Assembly (NCBI RefSeq): GCF_006345805.1 | Contig: NC_042997.1 | Span: 131,316,001 to 131,380,000, forward strand | Length of the DNA stretch: 64,000 nucleotides | Source: Octopus sinensis | Lineage: Eukaryota | Reading direction: 5' to 3' | Shown: in pieces, positions 52,132 to 64,000 of the stretch | Position numbering within the stretch: position 1 is the stretch's first letter | Layout of the letters: every line of letters starts with the position of its first letter | Notes under the pieces: model-generated | Database searches by the model: none | Seen by the model: only the letters and a program-made list of their open reading frames with translations | What the model was told of the DNA's origin: nothing | Made by a program: the position numbers and the translations under genes

Positions 52132-53728
52132 CAAATAGTTGTTTGGCTCTGTAATATCACAGAACAATTAACAGGATACAAATTGAATATACCAGCCTGT
52201 AGGCCTACACATTAACAATTTGGTTGAGTGTAATTTAGTTATTCTGTATCTATGGCTCAGTTAGGATTAAGAAAACGATAGACACATTCACAAGTCTTAT
52301 AGGATTTTCTGGTGTATATACTCCTTCCTGGATGGGATGCTGGTCTGTTGCAAGAATACTCATTTTTGCCAGCTGAGTGGAGCAATGTGAAATGAAGTGC
52401 TTTGCTCAAGAACACCATACACCAGGAATCAAAACCATGATCTTACAACCATGAGTCCAACATCCTAATCACTAAGCCACATTTTTCTACTTTGTAGTTG
52501 GGATGCTGGGTTCATAATCATAAATGTATAGGTTCAATTTTTGTACTGGGTGGTGCGTTATTTCTTTGAGCAAGATACTACCAGCCTGATGCTGGTTCTG
52601 CCTTCTCCAGCTGTCACATCTTTGATGTTCTACTGGACCTAATGTGAAAGGGCTAAGAGTATGTCTGTCTGCTTGTGACTACATAGGTATTGAGAATAAT
52701 TAATGAAAGAATGGTACCAGCTACCAAGTCATACCACCTTGTGAGTAATGGTTAAGTATGCTTCAGTTATAGCTAATTAGGAAATTGTGCAGGGTTCTAT
52801 GAAATTGTTCCAGTCAAAAACCTTTACTTTTATTTTCCTTCAGTATTTCTTATTTGTATGAAAAGTTAGTTCAAATAACAAAGATGATTTATTGTAAACT
52901 AATGTCACCAGAGAACTGTTATGTATATTGAAGCTTTTAATTTAGAGATGCATTCCAGTGAGAAGGTACTCACAGATCCAAGAAACAATTATTGTTTAGA
53001 CAGCCTTAAGAAAGCTATGATAAAGCTGATGATAAAGATGATGATGATTATATTGTTGATGAATGATGTCATTTAAAGATGGAAATGTTTTTAATTGAAA
53101 TCCTAGGGAAAATTTACAAAAGATAAAACAACTATAAAATACCACTTCCTTTTCTCAGGGATTGAAACAGGTGATTCTTAGAATATTCATAGAAATTGTT
53201 GTGCTAAAAATTCTTGAACACCTTCCAAAGAAGAAGCAGAAATGATGGCCATTTTCAGGTAATCTGAGCAAAACCACTTCAGTAATGTCCCCTACCCAGT
53301 CTACATTAGCTACAGCAAGGCTTGAATATGTTGTCCAGTAATCTATTAAGGTCTGTGAAGTTGGATAACAATCTCTTGTTACTGCCGGGGAATTGTTACT
53401 TTTGGTCTGTCTTTTTCCATGCACTAGCATAGCTTCGACAGAAATTGATTTGAGGCAGAATTTTGGTTGTCAAATAGTTGTTTGGCCCTGTGATATCACA
53501 GAACAATTGACAGGATACAAATTGAATATACCAGCTTGTAGGCCTACACTGTAACAATTTGGTTGAGTGTAATTTAGTTATTCTGTATCTATGAAGATAA
53601 AGGTGCATGGCTCAGTTAAAATTATGAAAAAGATACTCATTCCCAAGTCTTATAGGATTTGCTGGATTTTCTGGTGTATATACTCCTTCCTGGATGGGAC
53701 ACTGGTCTGTCACAAGAACACTCATTTT
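52132..53728 (+). repeat. Local direct duplication (52132-52366 and 53471-53728)
   Basis: caaatagttgtttgg...ggatacaaattgaatataccagc...ctccttcctggatggga shared, with small indels. Confidence 0.9.
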
Positions 53729-54914
53729 CTATCATCTGTTTTACAAGCATGAGATTTTTATTCTGAAGGAATTTGAAAGCACAGCCAATGGTTGATTTGT
53801 AGACAGGAAATGTAAACAATATTCACTGGCAGCAGCCCAAACAAATAGCATCATTGTTTACAGCTGAGCCATGGAAAGTGACTTCAACACAGCAGCCTTA
53901 TAAAAATTCACACACACACACACACACACACACATACATGATGGGTTTCTTTAGTTTCTGGCTACCATATTTCCTCACAAGGATTTCTGGCTACCTTATT
54001 TCCTAACAAGGTTTTGGTCAGTCTGGAGCTTTAGCAAAACACAGTTGGTCAAGATGCTAAGCAGTGGGGCTGAACCTAAAGCCATAGGTGTGAGGAGTGA
54101 GTTTAACTACACAGCCATGCCTGTGTCTGTATACCATCCATAAGAAAGCCTGGATATTTCTCCGAGAAGAGTTATCTTTCATAAGTTCTTGCTGAATACT
54201 TTTCTAGTATTTTTCTGTATTTAGATAAAGCTGAATAAACAAACACACGCGCACATGAAAAAAAAAAGGAAAAAGAAAAAAATGGTCGTGATATTGCATA
54301 TTGAAGTTACTCATGCATGAAGTGAAGGAATTACAGCATGGAGATACAATAATGTTTACTTCAACAGCCAGCACTTCATTTCATCTTGCTGGCAAAAAGG
54401 GAAAAATCTATTTGAGAATTTCACGAATATTCTGAAGTGATAAGGAAAGGAATAGCTTGGAATTGGGAAAAAAAAAAAAAACGGACGTTAAGATGTGAGG
54501 AAATGTATAAATGTTGGACTAATATTAATCTTCAGGAAGAAATAAACTGGTTTATAAAACTCAGTAAAGAGATTTAGTCGTTTATATATTTCTTTATTTC
54601 TCTTTCTCTAAATCACCAAATGGTTGAAATTGTATAGATGGAAGTGTACTTAAAGGAATCGGAGAATTATTTATCTACTGAGTGATCCTTCATATTCCAT
54701 AACCTGACGTAATTTCTGACCATTCTATTCAACATGCTATCCAAGCTAGTGAGCTGACAGAATTACTAGAGCATCTTAGAATATTTCTTCTGACTCTATA
54801 CATTCTGAGTTCAAATCATGTCAGGTCAACTTTGTCTTTCATCCTCTTGGGTGGGGAGGTGATGAAATAAAGTACCAGTGATGTGCTGGAGTTAGTGTAG
54901 TTGACTAATTACCT

Positions 54915-55149
54915 ATTTCTTTACTACCCACAAGGAGCTAAACACAGAGAGGACAAACAAGGACAGACAAACGGATTAAGTCGATTACATCGACCCCAGT
55001 GCGTAACTGGTACTTATTTAATCGATCCCGAAAGGATGAAAGGCAAAGTCAACCTCAGCAGAATTTGAACTCAAAACGTAGTGGCAGACGAAATACTGCT
55101 AAGCATTATCGCCCTGTGTGCTAATGTTTCTGCCAGCTCGCTGCCTTTA
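54915..55149 (-). mobile_element. SINE family D (young) with 18-bp TSD, inserted in an older inverted relative
   Basis: TSD GTAGTTGACTAATTACCT at 54897-54914 and 55150-55167; body contains GTTGACTTTGCCTTTCATCC...AAGTACCAG, resembling a conserved SINE central domain. Confidence 0.9.
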
Positions 55150-57457
55150 GTAGTTGACTAATTACCTCACCTCAAAACTGTTAGCCTTGTGTCTTAGAAA
55201 CCATCCAGTTCGTCTTTGATACTAATAAAGAAGATTCTATATCAAGTATGTAAGATCTCTTGCCCACAGGAAATATTTCACCTGTTTTCAAATTTGAAAC
55301 CACTGACTAATGAAGTCCCTAAAAGCCTCTGGGAGGTGGTTGGGTGTGGAGCTTAAGTCTAAGGATCAAAATGCTAATATACATTGCATACTTATGAATT
55401 TGTAAAATTAAAAATTTATTATTGTTTCAGCACATCCCCTCCTAAACACTAGAGGTTCACAGGTACTAAAAATTTCCCTGCCCTTGCTCTTTGAGGTCTC
55501 TCAACCTGCTTGAAATAAACCCAAATGTCTCCCATACCATGCCCTACTGTTCTGAATCCACTGGATGATTGTAATTAAACAGCGAATGATTGTCTGAAAC
55601 ATGATGAGATGTCATGGATGGAATACCTTTGATCATAGTTGCTCTATCAGGTTTGATCTTGAGAAAGACAACAACTGTTAATCAGTCATTGATATCAGTA
55701 AATCCTTTGACTGTATTGACTTTGGTAGAATGTTAGCATCAGGTATTTGATCTGACTTCACAAATCTTTCATTGAATAATGAGAGAAATTTGGGGGTGCG
55801 AGGAACAATCAACCACAATACTTTTGAGGAGAGAAGGTAATGCCCAAGACCCTTCACAAGCCTTCCAAGACTAATGCATGGGAGAGAGAGGAGGGAAACC
55901 TGGCCTGAACTCTTGCAACAGAGTGGACCCTACTAAATACACCTAAAATGCTTGGTTGACCTGGTATCATACTAGGCAACAAATTGTCTACCTTAGAAAG
56001 ATTAAAGGTAAAGTTGACCTCATCAGGATTTGAACTCAGTATGTAGGTTACCGTTAACTAAGTATTGGATATTTTGTCCATTTTAATGATTCTACCAATC
56101 CATTAATCTCATCATTATCATCATCATTACTAAATACCAACAATAATTAAGTAGAATTTAATGCAAATTTAGTTTTATCATTAATATTTAATTATAAAAT
56201 CATTGATTATGCATTAACTTGGTAAAGTGAATTTGATGAAAGGAATTATTTTAAAATCTATTTTGGGAAGCATGTCAACTTAAGAGTGTGAAACATTATG
56301 TAAATCCAAAGAATTTAATATCTTAAATCTTTTAAAAAGGTCTTCCAGTTTGATAAATTAATATCATATTCTCTTCATACTACAATGTCCCTGTTAAGCC
56401 TACTAAGTCATGAAACATGAACACTGAATAATTGTAATGTTAATTGCTTTTAAATTCTTTTAAGTACAAAGCTTATTTTTGCAATGTAGTATGACACACA
56501 TTACCTGCAAGATATTGATTCCATCGAATGAGATGAAAATTGAAGTTGATCCTGGCAGAGTTTAGACTCAAAATTTAGAAGAATGAAATTAAACTGTTAG
56601 ACATTTCATTCTGGCAATATTATTTCAGCCAACTTACATTTCTTTTTATGTTTTACTTGTTTCAGTCATTGGACTGTGGCCATGCTAGGGTACTGCCTTG
56701 ATGGGTTTAGTCAAAGAAATAGTCAAACAAGACATTTTAGTCTTTTGTTTCATTCACTGGATTGTGACCATGCTGGGGCATCGCCTTTATCAAAATGATG
56801 CCATTACTCAAGTAATAAGATTGGTGCTTATTCTATTAGTATTTCTCTCTACCAAACTATGTTATGAAGACATAACCAAGTGTACACTGTGAAATGATAA
56901 CATACATACAAATATAGCACAAGCTTCTCAGGTTTTCCCCTACCAAATTCACTCTCAAGACAATGGTCTGCCAAGGAATCCAGTAGATGTTTGTCTAAGC
57001 TTTCATTATTAAAACAAACTAAAGAAATAGATACCATTGCTTTGTCTTGCTTTTTCTTTAATTGGAACATAGAGAAATCATTGCATTTGTTTCCTTACTT
57101 GTTCTGTGTGAGATCTAGTGTCCGGGTCAGAAATCTATATTTTGGGTCTTGATACATTTTAGACATCTTCAGACTGCTTCATATCAACAATTCCTATGGC
57201 CAGTCATTGCTTAAACTACATAGCATCCATTATCAATGAGTAATATTTGTTTGTTCAATATAATTGTTCTAATTCATTTTTCTTTCTCACAAAAAATATT
57301 ATTTTAATGTTCTATCTCCTCTCTTTCAAGCTTTTGAAAATTCATTCCCATCCTTAATTCTTAATCTGTATTTAATCACTCATACTGATATATTCATTTT
57401 TGTTCATAACTACTGCAACAACAACACAGCAGTATCTGTAATTAAATTAACAACAAC

Positions 57458-57491
<34 letters not shown>

Positions 57492-57787
57492 GAAAAGAAT
57501 TAATTGTAATAAATTAATTTAACACCAACAAAAAAAGTTACAATGATAGTTAAAAGAATAATTTATTTGATGTGAGGGTAACAAAGGTTAGATATTACAT
57601 TTCAGATTTTGCAGAAAGTTCAATATTATACAATAAACATTCATTGGAAGTTTGATTGTTTGTGTGTCTGTGTGTGTGTGTGTGTTAAGGCTGGCTTGAT
57701 GTCACAAGGTGGATACAAGCATTAGTCACAATGTGGATACAAGCATTAGATAATTGACAAGGCTGCTGAGTCCTTGTGTGTCAATAT

Positions 57788-58106
57788 TTATTTTTTTATC
57801 TATGTGCCCTTTTCAAGCCTAGCCAGGCTCATGGCCCGGTTTCCAGGTTTCTGTGGCGTATGTGTTCCCCCCAGCTGGACGGGATGCCAGTCCATCGCAG
57901 CGTTACTGAAGAAACAGGAAGCAAGAGTGAGAGAAAGTTGGGGCGAAAGAGTACAACAGGGGTCACCACCACCCCCTGCCAGAGCCTTGTAGAGTTTTAA
58001 GTGTTTTCACTCAATAAACACACACAATGACCGGTCTGGGAATCAAAACTGCGATCCTCCGACCATGAGTCCACTGCCCTAACCACTGGGCCATTGTGCC
58101 TCCACA
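57788..58106 (-). mobile_element. SINE family C with 11-bp TSD
   Basis: Matches 46671-46985; TSD TGTGTCAATAT at 57777-57787 and 58107-58117. Confidence 0.9.
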
Positions 58107-59629
58107 TGTGTCAATATGGAGAGCATGTTAGACTATCATATGTACTTTGAGTCTTGTGCACTCGATGGAATCATAGGTGCTCTGTCATAACATAAGAGAA
58201 CTTGAGCATTTTTAAATTTAGTCTAACTGCAGCTGTTTCCTTCTTAGAGAAGTCCATAGTGTTGGGCTAGTACTTCAGTTGTTGGTCCATCATTTGAACA
58301 TTCATTTTTCTATGTTTGCATGGGTTAGAATTCGTTGAGGTAGATTTTCTCTGGCTTTTCTTGTTACCAGCCTCAACTATTTCCAAGCAAGGTAATAATT
58401 CCCCATGGCCTAACATGCTTATCATGGGAGATAGGAAATTAACAACTACAGATATGATGATGATGCTCATTTACAACCCTCACATGATGTCAAGACAAGG
58501 ATACACTCACTCTTATATATGACGAACTTCTTTCAGACTCCATCTGTTGAATCTACTCACCAGACTTTGATTGGCCGGAAGCTGTAGTGGAAGACGTTTG
58601 CCCAAAGTGTTATGCAGGGGTAATGAAACTGAAACAATGTGGTTGGGAAGCAAACTTAGCCACTTATGCACCTCTCTCTCTCTCTCTCCAACCATAGCCC
58701 ATTTCTTCCAGAAGGATAGAGTGAAGAAGTGACTCTAGTGCTGAACTGGTACATAATTAACCTTGAAAGAATGAAAGGCACAGTTGACTTTGGTGCGATT
58801 TGAACTCCGTGTAACTAAGACATACTATCCATTCATTGTTAATTGACTACCTTAGTACAAACAGGTCAAATGTAGAATGGATTTAAATGTTAAAAGGAAG
58901 GGACAAAAGTCAAACATTTTGAACAGGACATTTTGAATCCCTTTGTTGGGGGAGAGAAATTTTTCTGGAGGTAATGAATTGAAGGTGACTCCATCACAAA
59001 ATGCTTTATATCTCTCTGCAACAAAAATGTCTACTTGAAATGTTAAATTTTTCTTCCTTATGGCAAATGAAATTAATCCACATCTGATTTGTTTATAGTT
59101 TGTTATGGTTTCCATTCTATCGACTGAATTGCTTTATCAACAACTGTGAGACAATCTGACAATATAGCCGACCTGACAGGTGCAATACAAACTGTAACAA
59201 CAACAACAACAATAATAATGAACAAACAAGAATGACAATATTAATAATATTTATTAATGATTAGCATTAGATTTCCTAATCTGATCCATCAATCTTTCAA
59301 AAGCATCTATTCAGATTAGAACAAACCAACAATATGCAAAAAAAAAAAAAAAATCATTTTGAATATTACCATCTAAATGTGATTGAGGATCAAAGTTGAT
59401 GTGTGTCAAGAACTGGTACAAATTAATGACACACATTTATGGAAATAGAATAAAGCGATCTTAAATTATCCATGGTATTCTTGATTAGCTGTGAACTTGT
59501 GGCCTATGAGCTGAGAGGTTGATGCTGTGTAATCTAATTAACTCGTTTTGTTTTAAAGAGAAATATTAAATAGCTGTCTTAAATAACTGAGAAGTAATAA
59601 ATAGCCCATGTCTTTCTCAGTCTTACTCT

Positions 59630-60080
59630 TCAACAGTTTCTTTCCACTCGGATCTCCTAGCTCTCCTTTACCCGTTTGTCATCATCCATGTGTATTACAC
59701 ACCTGTAACAATGCAGTCATCTCTCTTGCACACATCTGATACCTCTAACATCCACTTTATCTCTCAGCTCATCTGTGCCATGTTGCTCATGCACACTAAC
59801 ATTACATATCCACTGGAGCATACTTGCTTCATTTCTCTCTAATCTTCGCATATCTCCTCCACTCAATCTCCATATCTTACTAAGCAGCATCACACTTCAT
59901 ATACAAGCAATGTACAATCAATTCTTCACTTGAAAAGAATACTCTTGCTGCCAACAGAAGTAACAGCTCTTTGAACTTTTCCATCTATTTTTTTTTTCTG
60001 ACTACCATGCTTTCAAAGCACACCATTCTTTACAACTACTTAATCGCCTAGGTAACAGTAGCTATCAACTATTTCTACAG
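59630..60080 (-). mobile_element. RTE-clade LINE, 3' RT/thumb region, decayed
   Basis: VEIVDSYCYLGD, WKKFKELL, DMRRLERNEASMLQWICNVSVHE...ELRDKVDVRGIRCVQER. Confidence 0.85.
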
Positions 60081-61788
60081 AACCTTTTAAGAATTGAAAA
60101 GAATTTATATTATCAGTGTTCTGTGAACTACAACTGTACATCTGTCACAGTCTTTCTTCACTGTTAGTTGATAAATAGTGAGTGAAAAAAAAAAAAGAAA
60201 CAGAGGCTCTGCCTGGTTCTTGAGTTAGACAAATAATGACCAAATTTCCCTCAAATCCTACCCAATCACTTTAGAAAAGGAAAGGTCTTGTTAAATAATG
60301 TCCTCCTACATACTTTTTCCAAAAGAGACTGGGTCATCAGGGCTTTGATCATAGGCTTGTTGAATCCGGATTGTCCTTGGGCTATACTGCAACAGTATGC
60401 AGGATGAAGCCAGAAATGTATATCAATATAGAGATCATAAAACAATAAACAAAAAGAATACTAATTTCACCAATTCCAGTTCTGTCATGTAAAAAGTTAG
60501 AAGGGGAAAATATTCTAGTTTTGATTCTTTTCAATATTTTTCTTCCAGTAAGTTGTGATTTGTATTTTAAAATATCTGAGTAGCAACTACATTGATCTCT
60601 AGAATTATTGGTTTTAGGCTCTGATAAGAAGAGATGGAAATATTTTACAGCCAGATGGAATTGCAATCAGTTTACTGATTATAATCATTCTACTAACTCA
60701 TTCACGTCAAAATATGCAAAAGAGAAAGAAAAAATTTGAAATAAAGCTATGAAAAAAAAAATCTTTTCTAAGATATATTCAGCATAAATCGGTGAATGGA
60801 GGAACAAGGCCAACTGAGAAATTTGATTTCATGGTAGATTGGAGCTAGAAACAATTTAAACCTTGGTAATAACCTTGCCTGAAGTGTGTGCATGCAAATA
60901 TCTAAATTAACCAATACTGTTAAACAAACTTCTGATATGTTAAAAGCCATCAAGACATGTGAAGTACTCAATATATTCACAGCTTACACTGTTGTTTGAC
61001 CAATCTCTGAACAGCATGTAAATATGTTCGTAACACTGTTGCATACAACTCACAAATATATTTGTCATCTGTAAATCTCTTCTCGTTGAGCCTACCAAAC
61101 ACTAAACATACCTATGTATTGAATTAGCTTTTAATAACCAGCTGCCCTGTACATGTGTGCATTGCTGCTGCTATGCAATTGTAATTTGAGTAATGCTATC
61201 TTGGTTATCAAATTGTAAATGCCACGAACCCAACAAACTAATAACAGAGCCTTTTTTGTTGTTTCTTAGTTTGTGAAAATGTTTGTTGTTTGTTCCTTCT
61301 CGAGCCATGCCTGGCTCATTAGGGCCAGTCTCCCAGTTTCCTTGGCATATAGGTTCCCTGCCTCATAAACACACACATCACTCAGTCTGAGATTTGAACC
61401 TGCATTTCCTCGATCACGACTCCACTGCTCTAACCACTAGGCCATGTGCCTCCACAGTTTGTGAAAATAATACCTAAATATCCCTCAAACCAACCTCAAT
61501 GTGTTAAAAAAAGACCTTGGATAAGGTAAGCTTAGGTATACAGTCAGAAAAAAATGGTATACTGGATGAAGGCAAACCTAAGCCAAAACAATATGAACTA
61601 AAGTTTCTATAAATTCCTGAGTGATATTGTTAAAAAGACAAAAACAGGCTTAGTGCTTTTTCAATTATATGAGACAATTTGTAACTAGTTGATTAACTAA
61701 ACCAATTACTAAAAGGTGCTCTACTGATGACCATCCCATCTATTCATCTATTTTCAGAAATACATCTATGACTACATTATTCACTGTA

Positions 61789-61863
<75 letters not shown>

Positions 61864-61881
61864 CTGTATGTATAAAGGTGT

Positions 61882-62210
61882 GGAGGTGCAATGGCCCAGT
61901 GTTTAGGGCAGCGGACTCGCAGTCGTAGGATCGCGGTTTCGATTCCCAGACTGGGCGTTGTGAGTGTTTATTGAGCGAAAACACCTAAAGCTCCACTAGG
62001 CTCTAGCAGGGGGTGGTGACGATCTCTGCTGTACTCTTTCGCCACAACTTTCTCTCAATCTTTCTTCTGTTGGCCTGCTCATTTAGCCAGCGGGGTGGCG
62101 TCATTAGAAGGCTAAAACAATGCAAAGCGCATTGTGACCAGCGATGTGTAGCAATATCTCATAGCCTGGTTGGTCAGGTGATCACGTGATATATAAAGGT
62201 ATGGTGTGAT
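61882..62210 (+). mobile_element. SINE family C head and body with a different 3' tail
   Basis: Shares GGAGGTGCAATGGCCCAGTG...CAACTTTCTCTCA with 46671 and 57788, then diverges completely. Confidence 0.85.
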
Positions 62211-63225
62211 TTGATGGAGAGTTGGCTGCTATTTCTAACAGCTTGAGCAACTACATTGAGGCATCCTTCTTTGACTAGACTAGCTGTGATAGTGAAAATG
62301 TGTAATGAGCAAATATTGAATAAAAGAAAAAGATTTCTAATTAAATAATAGTTCTTTAGATCTGTTATTTCAAACTTCTTTAGAAGAGGTGAGTAGATGA
62401 GAAAAATCTTTGTCTTGATTTGGGCATTTCTCTTTCTTAGATATATTTCAAAGATGAAATCACTCATAAGGCATTGGTTGGTCCTGGCCTAAAGTCGAAG
62501 ACAATTGCCCAAGATGCCAAGCAGTGGCACTGAACACATGATTTCAAAGTGAGCTTCTTAGCCACACAGCCATGCCTGCAGCTGTATGGTCTTTTTTCTG
62601 TTAAAAAGACTGAGTATAATACAAAATGCTTAACACACGATACTAATATTGGTTTCAAACTTTGGGACAGGGCCATCAAGTTTGGGGGAGGGTGTAAGTA
62701 GATTACAGTGACCCCAGCACTCAACTGGTACTTTAGTTTATCGACCCCAAATAGATGAAAGACAAAGTTGACCTTGGTGGAATTTGAACTGAGAATGCAA
62801 GAATGGACAAAATGCCATTAAGCATTTTGCCTGGTATGCTTATGATTCTGCCAGCTCGCCTCCTTAGCACACAATGTTAATAATAGCAACAGGCCAATTC
62901 AGTAAGGGGAACTCTCCGTCAGGTGAGAGAAATTCCTTCCCTTTAGGTGAAATTTCTCCCACATTAATTTTTGAAACCATCCATTGACAAATTTGATTAA
63001 AAATCTATGTGAAAAATGATTTAAACCTTGATGAACAAAATGGAAATTTGATACAAGTTTAGTAGAGGATACTTCATGTAATTATGATAGCCGTTTGTCC
63101 ATCCAACAGACAAATACTCGCATTTACAACAGTTTTGTATGAATCACAAGCCTAAGTTAATCTTGAAGGGATTTGAATTCAGAACATAAAACTCTATACT
63201 TGAAACATTTTGTATGACAATTCTT

Positions 63226-63760
63226 ATTTCTTTATTGCCCACAAGGGGCTAAACTTAGAGGGGACAAACAAGGACAGACAAAGGGATTAAGTCGATTATA
63301 TCGACCCCAGTGCGTAACTGGTACTTCATTTATCAACCCCAAAAGGATGAAAGGCAAAGTTGACCTCGGTAGAATTTGAACTCAGAACATAATGGCAGAT
63401 GAAATACCGCTAAGCATTTCACCTGGCATGCTAACGTTTCTGCCGCTTGCCGCCTTAAGAAATGAAAATGGAATGTAGCGGCAGATAAAATACCGCTAAG
63501 CATTTCACCCAGTGTGCTAACGTTTCGTATTTCTTTATTGCTCACAAGGGGCTAAACACAGAGAGGACAAACAAAGACAGACAAAGGGATTAAGTCGATT
63601 ACATCGATCCCAGTGCGTAACAGGAACTTAATTTATTGACCCTGAAAGTATGAAAGGCAAAGTTGACCTCGGCGGAATTTGAACTCAGAACATAACGGCA
63701 GACGAAATACCGCTAAGCATTTCTCCCTGCATGCTAATGTTTCTGCCAGCTCGCCGCCTT
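63226..63760 (-). mobile_element. SINE family D, two tandem copies with a partial head between them
   Basis: Copies at 63226-63456 and 63529-63760; fragment at ~63474-63526. Confidence 0.9.
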
Positions 63761-64000
63761 TAAACTCCTTACAAGAAATAGCAGCTAAACAGCTTATAAA
63801 GGACATTTTGCTGTCCTAATATAATGAAGGACATGTAAAAGTAGGGCATTGACACTGTCTTGAATAGACAGCAAATGGAGGGGTGATAGTCTCAATGGAA
63901 TGTCTTTGATTAGAGGTCTACTTGATTAGAGATAACCTGGAGCCAAACAGCTACCACCATCACTGCCACTATCATAAGTCATCCACCTTATTAACCCTTT

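Overview
AT-rich, repeat-dominated metazoan DNA. The tRNA-derived SINE families, the mariner and RTE fragments and the dense (TA)n/(CA)n/(CT)n tracts point to an octopus (coleoid cephalopod) genome; this is inferred from recognised repeat families, not from a search. I could not confidently identify any host protein-coding gene. Nearly all ORFs in the supplied track are microsatellite or SINE read-through. What the sequence does support is a layered set of mobile elements: four SINE families (well over 15 copies), a decayed Penelope-like element (RT with YRDD motif plus C-terminal GIY-YIG), a Tc1 element with both ~105-bp TIRs and two nested SINEs, a mariner remnant, a Ty3/gypsy integrase with a candidate 3' LTR, RTE and HERO/NeSL-like LINE fragments, hAT- and piggyBac-type MITEs, and a non-autonomous Helitron inside a ~2-kb TA field. 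The most unusual item is a 350-bp insertion at 32060-32409, bounded by a 12-bp direct repeat. It joins a tRNA-derived Pol III head to a minimal hammerhead-ribozyme-like motif and carries an inverted partial copy, so it is a candidate Penelope-mobilised, ribozyme-bearing SINE. A CpG-rich island at ~35.3-35.7 kb with a signal-peptide-like ATG exon, plus a few splice-flanked candidate exons, may mark a host gene but remain low confidence.
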